40,447 nucleotides of DNA from a bacterium (lineage in GTDB: Bacteria > Zhuqueibacterota > Zhuqueibacteria > Oceanimicrobiales > Oceanimicrobiaceae), in assembly GCA_046758365.1 (NCBI GenBank), contig JBHIAC010000011.1, forward strand, positions 1 to 40,447, read 5' to 3'. This document shows positions 35,025-40,447 of the stretch, one piece after another (position 1 is the first letter of the stretch; each line of letters opens with the position of its first letter). The translations under genes and the position numbers were made by a program. The notes beneath the pieces were generated by a model. It did no database searches and was not told the origin of the DNA. It saw only the letters and a program-made list of their open reading frames with translations.

Positions 35025-36200
35025 ATGAATATCTTGGTTATTTCTGAATTTTTCCCCAATAATTTTCGTAAACATGAAGGCATTTTTGTTTTTGAACAAG
35101 TAAAGTGCCTTAAGTCTAATAATATTATCAACGTTATTGCCCCAATTAATCGTTATTTACCTCTTAGAAGGTATCAAGATATTAGAATTAATGGTGTTAA
35201 AATAAAAAAGATTGAAAATATTGAGGGAATAACCATATATCGCCCAAAGACATTAAATTGGCCTGTGATTGGTGAATTGTTTGTCCCTTATCTTATTTTA
35301 ATAAAAATTTTATTCTATGTAATCTACCATAGAATAAAATTTGAAATTATTCATTGTCACTGGGCTTATAGGGCCGGTTTTGTTGGAGGGTTACTCGCCA
35401 AGATATTTAAAAAAAAATTGATTATTACTACATATGGTTCGGACATCAATATATGGATTCATGAACCAATAAAAAGTAGGAGAATAATTAGGAGTTTAAG
35501 AAATTGCCACAAAATAATTTCTGTAAGTCAAGCTCTTCAACAGAAAATGATACAGTTTAAAATAGCTGAAAACAAAATAGAAGTGATTCATCAAGGAATC
35601 GATCTTAATTATTTTAGGCCCATGGATAAAAATGCAGTTCGTAAAAAATTAAATCTTCCTAAAAATAAAAAAATAATACTTTGTATTGCCGACTTTTTCC
35701 CCATTAAAGGTCATGAAAATTTAATTAAAGCTATTTCCCTAATAAGAAATAGGCAGGATATTTTGGTACTCTTAATCGGTGATGGTCCAATGAGGAATAA
35801 CATTAAGCAGCAAATTATCATAAAGAAAATTTCTGTTGTAATTAATATGGTTGGGAAAAAAGAGCACAAGGAAATCCCAAGCTGGATTAATGCTTCTGAT
35901 GTGGTGGTCCTTCCGAGTCACAATGAAGGTCTACCAACAGTGGTTTTAGAGTCATTTGCTTGTGGAAAACCAATTGTAGCAAACAAAGTTGGCGGGATTC
36001 CAGAAAAGATAAACGGTTCTGATAATGGCATCTTAGTGGAAAGCTGTAATGTATATGAACTAGCAAGAGCATTATCTAAAGCACTTGATCAAAAGTGGGA
36101 TTCTCAAAAAATTGCGCAACATTCACAGGATTATTCTTGGGGAAAGATTTCAAATAAGATTCTTGAGGAATATGAAAAGACATTAGCTAATGGACATTAG
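35025..36200 (+). CDS. Glycosyltransferase family 4
   Basis: IIHCH, YGSDI, KGH, VLPSHNEGLPTVVLE..ACG.P (EX7E) motifs. Confidence 0.92.
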   Translation: MNILVISEFFPNNFRKHEGIFVFEQVKCLKSNNIINVIAPINRYLPLRRYQDIRINGVKIKKIENIEGITIYRPKTLNWPVIGELFVPYLILIKILFYVIYHRIKFEIIHCHWAYRAGFVGGLLAKIFKKKLIITTYGSDINIWIHEPIKSRRIIRSLRNCHKIISVSQALQQKMIQFKIAENKIEVIHQGIDLNYFRPMDKNAVRKKLNLPKNKKIILCIADFFPIKGHENLIKAISLIRNRQDILVLLIGDGPMRNNIKQQIIIKKISVVINMVGKKEHKEIPSWINASDVVVLPSHNEGLPTVVLESFACGKPIVANKVGGIPEKINGSDNGILVESCNVYELARALSKALDQKWDSQKIAQHSQDYSWGKISNKILEEYEKTLANGH

Positions 36201-37518
36201 AAAAGATAGTTTTATAACCTACTTTACTAGACTTATAACATTTGTCGTTCAAATTGTTACAGGTCTTTTATTAGCGCGAATCCTTGGACCAGAAGGCAGA
36301 GGAGAATATGCCTTATTGGTTATTGTTCCCACCATGGCAGGTATATTTTGCAACATGGGAATTGGAACCTCCAATGTTTACTTTGTCGGTAGTAGAAAAA
36401 TAAAGTTAGATAAAATCATATCAAATTCATTGACTATTGCTTTAATAATTGGCGGAATTACAATACTAATTCTAAATTTCTTAGCTACTGAGATTACAAT
36501 TAAGATTTTCAAAGGAATTCGTACGGATTACTTTCGATTGGCTATTATATCTATCCCATTTCTTTTGTTATATATTTTTTTAATGTCTGTGATTCATGGT
36601 CGGCGTGATTTTGTAAGATATAATATCTTAAATGTTCTGAGACCAGTGACTTTCATATTAATTTTTGTTCTTTGTTATCTTATTTTTAAATTCAAGGTAT
36701 TGGCAGGTATCATTGCTTGGGATTTTGCAGCGATCATAGCGGCTATCGGCTCCATATTTTTTGTAAAAAATTTGACTTCGCTCCGGTTAAAATTAAAAAT
36801 AGATTTTGAAGCTTTAAAACAAATTCTCAAATATGGATCCAAAGTATATCTTGGCGAAGTCGTGACCTTTTTAAATTACAGATTAAACATTATGTTTATA
36901 GGATTTTTTCTTAATCCAACTCAAGTAGGTTATTTCGCCATTGTGATTGTTATCGCAGAAAGCTTATGGTTTATGTCAGCCTCGGTTGGCGTGGTCATGT
37001 TTCCAACTGTTGCTTCTATGGATAAAAATAAAGCCGCTGAAATAATGCCTAAAGTAGTACGAAATATCTTTTTCGTTACTACGTTAATGGTTCTTGCTTT
37101 GTCAAGTATTGATAGGTACATAATCTCTTTGACGTTTGGAGAAGCGTTTCTCCCTGCTTTAAAGCCGTTGAGACTGTTATACCCCGGTATAGCGGTATTC
37201 AGTGTTATGAAAATAATCTCAAGTTATATTTTAGGGCAGGGGAAACCCAATGTAACTATGAATATTTCTATTGTAGGTTTAATAATTAACATAGCTTTGA
37301 ATATTATGCTCATTCCTGTATGGGGAATTAATGGAGCTGCCTTTGCGTCTACACTGAGCTATTTTTTACTGACCCTAATTGAAGTGATATGGTTTATTAA
37401 AACGACAAATATAAACTGGACAGATCTTTTAATTATTGAATGGTCGGATTTAAAAGTATATCCCCGGCTTGTAAGTGATGTTAAAAAATATCTGTACAAT
37501 TTAATCCTACTGAAATGA
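36190..37518 (+). CDS. Wzx-type polysaccharide flippase
   Basis: LARILGPEGRGEY, about 12 TM segments, LIPVWGINGAAFA. Confidence 0.9.
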   Translation: MDIRKDSFITYFTRLITFVVQIVTGLLLARILGPEGRGEYALLVIVPTMAGIFCNMGIGTSNVYFVGSRKIKLDKIISNSLTIALIIGGITILILNFLATEITIKIFKGIRTDYFRLAIISIPFLLLYIFLMSVIHGRRDFVRYNILNVLRPVTFILIFVLCYLIFKFKVLAGIIAWDFAAIIAAIGSIFFVKNLTSLRLKLKIDFEALKQILKYGSKVYLGEVVTFLNYRLNIMFIGFFLNPTQVGYFAIVIVIAESLWFMSASVGVVMFPTVASMDKNKAAEIMPKVVRNIFFVTTLMVLALSSIDRYIISLTFGEAFLPALKPLRLLYPGIAVFSVMKIISSYILGQGKPNVTMNISIVGLIINIALNIMLIPVWGINGAAFASTLSYFLLTLIEVIWFIKTTNINWTDLLIIEWSDLKVYPRLVSDVKKYLYNLILLK

Positions 37519-38465
37519 GCCAAAGCAATATTTTAGGTAACTATTATATTAATTTTCAATCAGAGTATAAGAAAATAAGTAATGGAAAATTGGGGCCATT
37601 TGATGAACTTGGTATACCTCAGGTTGATTATGACAGGTGGTATAAAAAAAATAGGGTTTCGGAAAAATCGGTTAGGTATGGGATTCATTACACGCCAGTA
37701 ACTATTGCTCATTTTGCTTTTGGGAAATTTTCAAAATTAAGTTCTAATGGAAACAAAGAAGATGAAAAAGAAAACTATTTAAGAATAGCAGATTGGTTTG
37801 TTAAGAATATTCATAAAACCGGAAAAGGATTTGGGGTTTGGCTGCATCATTTCCATATGCCTATCTATGAATTGAAGCCACCCTGGGTCAGTGCCATGGC
37901 ACAGGGAGAAGGTATTTCTGTTCTTTTAAGAGCTTATCAGTTAACATACCACCGGAAATACCTTGATATTGCCAGACTAGCATTAAAGTCCTTCAAATTT
38001 AACCTTAGAGAGGGTGGTGTTTATTCTGTTGATAATGATGGAAATATCTGGTTTGAAGAATATCCGACAAACCCACCCTGTCATGTATTAAATGGGTTCA
38101 TCTTTGCGCTACTAGGATTGTGGGAATATTTTAAATTAACCGACGATAAGAATGCTAAAATTCTCTGGGAAAAAGGTTTATCTACTTTAGAAAAAAATAT
38201 TCACTTATATGATTGTGGCTACTGGACAATTTATGATCAATTTACTAGACATCTAGTTGGAAAAAAGTATCATGATTTGCACATCCAGCAAATGAGGATT
38301 CTTTATGAAGTAAGTAACAAAAAGATTTTTTCCAAATATTATCATAAGTGGAATGATTATAAAAATAGTCCAATTTGTCAACTGAAAAGAATTATTATAC
38401 CCCGATTAAAAAAAGATTATATATCCAGACATTTAAAAAGAATTTCTTTTATGAACCATGAATAA
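37515..38465 (+). CDS. D-glucuronyl C5-epimerase-family protein
   Basis: WVSAMAQGEGISVLLRAY, WFEEYP, HVLNGFIFALLGL, YD.GYWT.YD, YHDLHIQQ motifs characteristic of the C5-epimerase catalytic domain. Confidence 0.88.
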   Translation: MSQSNILGNYYINFQSEYKKISNGKLGPFDELGIPQVDYDRWYKKNRVSEKSVRYGIHYTPVTIAHFAFGKFSKLSSNGNKEDEKENYLRIADWFVKNIHKTGKGFGVWLHHFHMPIYELKPPWVSAMAQGEGISVLLRAYQLTYHRKYLDIARLALKSFKFNLREGGVYSVDNDGNIWFEEYPTNPPCHVLNGFIFALLGLWEYFKLTDDKNAKILWEKGLSTLEKNIHLYDCGYWTIYDQFTRHLVGKKYHDLHIQQMRILYEVSNKKIFSKYYHKWNDYKNSPICQLKRIIIPRLKKDYISRHLKRISFMNHE

Positions 38466-39798
38466 CATTCTGGTTGTAGCCTATTACTTCCCACCATTGG
38501 GTGGTGGAGGTACGCAAAGAACATTAAAGTTTGCAAAATACCTCCCTAATTTTGGATGGAATCCTATTATTTTCACGGTAAAAAATAGCCATTATTTAGT
38601 AATGGATTCCACATTAGTAGATGAAATTCCAAAAAATTTACAGATTGTGAAAACCTCTGCTATTCTGCCTGCGAGATTCTTCCGTAAAGCGATGGGGTAT
38701 TCTGTCAATAAGCAGGAAAAAAATTATCAATCTGACTCAAAAATAACTTTTATAAAAAAAGGCATATTAGCTTTTTTAACATTTTTTAAGAATATCTTTT
38801 ACACGTTATTATTTGTTCCTGACGAGTATATTGGATGGCTTCCATTTGCAGTTTTAAGTGCTGTTAAACTAATTAAAACAAGTAATATTGGACTCATTTT
38901 TACAACCTCTCCTCCTAATAGTTGCCATCTAATCGGATGGGCACTGAAATGGTTTACAGGAAAATTTTGGGTGGTTGATTTCAGAGACCTATGGGATCAA
39001 TATCCCGACAATTACAATCCGTTTCATCTACAATTTAAAAGAAGACTAGATGACTTCCTCGAACGAAAAGTAATATTCAAAGCAGATCGAATTATCGTTG
39101 TATCAGAAGTGATGAAAACACAAATAGTCGAGAAATATCCCGAAGTGGACAAAAACAAGATCTCCATCATTATGAACGGTTATGACTCTGAAGATTTTGA
39201 ATCATTAAGTCCAATTTTGTCACCAGATAAGTTTGTTATTGTACATTCAGGTACTTTGTTTCATTGGCGAAAAGCTACCCATTTTCTACAAGCTATCAAA
39301 AATCTTCTTGAAAAGGAGGACTTTTTTAAAAATCATCTTTTAATAAAATTTCTTGGAATTGTAAACGTAGAAGATCAAAATGCAATTAAGAATTGGGGAT
39401 TAGAACCATATGTTCAAATTATGGATTATTTACCACACAAAGAGAGCTTGCGACACTTATTAGGGGCAGAGCTTCTGCTTTTGATTGTGGGGGACATCCC
39501 AAATGCTAAAAATATGGTTACAAGTAAGGTGTTTGACTACATAGCTGCAAAGAAGCCTATACTTTCCTTAGCCCATGATTGTGTAGTAAATCGAATAATC
39601 CAAAAGAATGAATTAGGGAGTTGCGTTTCTCCATACAATGTGAGTGATATTGAAAAAGCCATTGCGTACTACTTCCGTCAATATATTAATAGTGGTATTC
39701 CCTATACTTCCAGCTTTGATGGAAATAATTTTCAGAAATATCAACGCCGTTACCTCACGGAAAGGTTAAGTCAAATTTTGGAAGAATTGATTTCTTAA
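38458..39798 (+). CDS. Glycosyltransferase family 4
   Basis: YYFPPLGGGG.QR.LKF.KYL, TSPP, DFRDLW, NGYD, SKVFDY motifs. Confidence 0.9.
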   Translation: MNNILVVAYYFPPLGGGGTQRTLKFAKYLPNFGWNPIIFTVKNSHYLVMDSTLVDEIPKNLQIVKTSAILPARFFRKAMGYSVNKQEKNYQSDSKITFIKKGILAFLTFFKNIFYTLLFVPDEYIGWLPFAVLSAVKLIKTSNIGLIFTTSPPNSCHLIGWALKWFTGKFWVVDFRDLWDQYPDNYNPFHLQFKRRLDDFLERKVIFKADRIIVVSEVMKTQIVEKYPEVDKNKISIIMNGYDSEDFESLSPILSPDKFVIVHSGTLFHWRKATHFLQAIKNLLEKEDFFKNHLLIKFLGIVNVEDQNAIKNWGLEPYVQIMDYLPHKESLRHLLGAELLLLIVGDIPNAKNMVTSKVFDYIAAKKPILSLAHDCVVNRIIQKNELGSCVSPYNVSDIEKAIAYYFRQYINSGIPYTSSFDGNNFQKYQRRYLTERLSQILEELIS

Positions 39799-40447
39799 TG
39801 GAAGCCCTTAGAATAAAAGTACAAAATCTAAAAAGGGGAGAATTGTATTCACTTGCAATTTTTTTAGGTTTTAGTCTGTTCATTTTCTCAATGTATTCAA
39901 TTATATCTCCACTATTAATTTTGTTCTTTATAGCAATTATATTATTACTTTCAGTCGTTGGGAGTTTGATTACGCATAGACCACTGTATGGTCTCTGGCT
40001 ATGCCTCATTTTATTCTATTTTTTACCTTATTCTGCTATTGATCCAGTTGTTAGAGCAACAGGAAGGTATTTTTCTCTATTTTCGTCTCGAGTGGGGTTG
40101 TTGAGTCTTTGGGATGTAATTTTGATAATATTACTTTCCATATTATTTTTTCGTAATTCTATTTCTGGTAAAATGACATTTGTTTATTTTAAAAAGAAAG
40201 AAGTAAGTTATTATTTATTCTTTATGTTCATCGCTTTTTTAATGGGTTCACTGCATATCGAAGGCAGTTTTTTATCCTACGGCACCACAGAATTAAAACG
40301 TACCCTGATATCATTTTCACCTATATTTTATCTACTTTTAATTTCATTTATTACCATAAATTTTATCAACTCTAAGAAAGAATTTGATCAAACATTAAAA
40401 TTTATTTGGATTCTTACCATCCTCTTGGTTATGTATGGTTTCGTTCG
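39798..40447 (+). CDS. Partial multi-TM protein, probable Wzy polymerase / O-antigen-ligase family (runs off the window)
   Basis: Not in the ORF track. ATG at 39798 overlaps the previous stop (TAATG); the frame is open to the window end: MEALRIKVQNLKRGELYSLAIFLGFSLFIF... with several hydrophobic segments. Product inferred from context. Confidence 0.65.
   Translation, partial: MEALRIKVQNLKRGELYSLAIFLGFSLFIFSMYSIISPLLILFFIAIILLLSVVGSLITHRPLYGLWLCLILFYFLPYSAIDPVVRATGRYFSLFSSRVGLLSLWDVILIILLSILFFRNSISGKMTFVYFKKKEVSYYLFFMFIAFLMGSLHIEGSFLSYGTTELKRTLISFSPIFYLLLISFITINFINSKKEFDQTLKFIWILTILLVMYGFV

Noticed and set aside
39755..40009. 84-aa minus-strand ORF
   Set aside because: Antisense shadow of the plus-strand membrane protein starting at 39798.

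Overview
Low-GC bacterial chromosomal window. The QNYPNPFNP-type C-terminal sorting domain and the Gln at +1 of many secreted proteins suggest an FCB-related lineage such as KSB1, Calditrichota or Ignavibacteria (inference). It has four parts. (1) 0.3-12 kb is an extracytoplasmic redox island: a small diheme lipoprotein, a DUF2271 protein, dsbD and a PAP2 phosphatase, plus a minus-strand operon. The operon encodes a membrane-anchored ferredoxin/TrxR-like flavoprotein, a His-rich inner-membrane protein, a 20-heme and a 16-heme cytochrome c and a beta-barrel, which together look like an NAD(P)H-to-outside electron conduit. (2) 12-21.7 kb is housekeeping: pepD, cyclophilin, ychF, flippase-like protein, amrB/amrA, DUF2520, dgt and an ECF ATPase. 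(3) 22-25 kb holds a sensor-less sigma54 activator and a secreted Ig-repeat protein. (4) 25.3 kb to the end is a Wzx/Wzy polysaccharide locus with a likely diamino-uronate pathway and a glucuronyl C5-epimerase. Non-coding structure includes six sigma54 -24/-12 motifs (two overlapping as a palindrome), a ~100-bp MITE-like element (3 full copies plus 1 partial, 6-bp target duplications, rewriting two gene C-termini, one copy with a nested insertion), a REP-doublet-like element and a heptamer inverted-repeat array.
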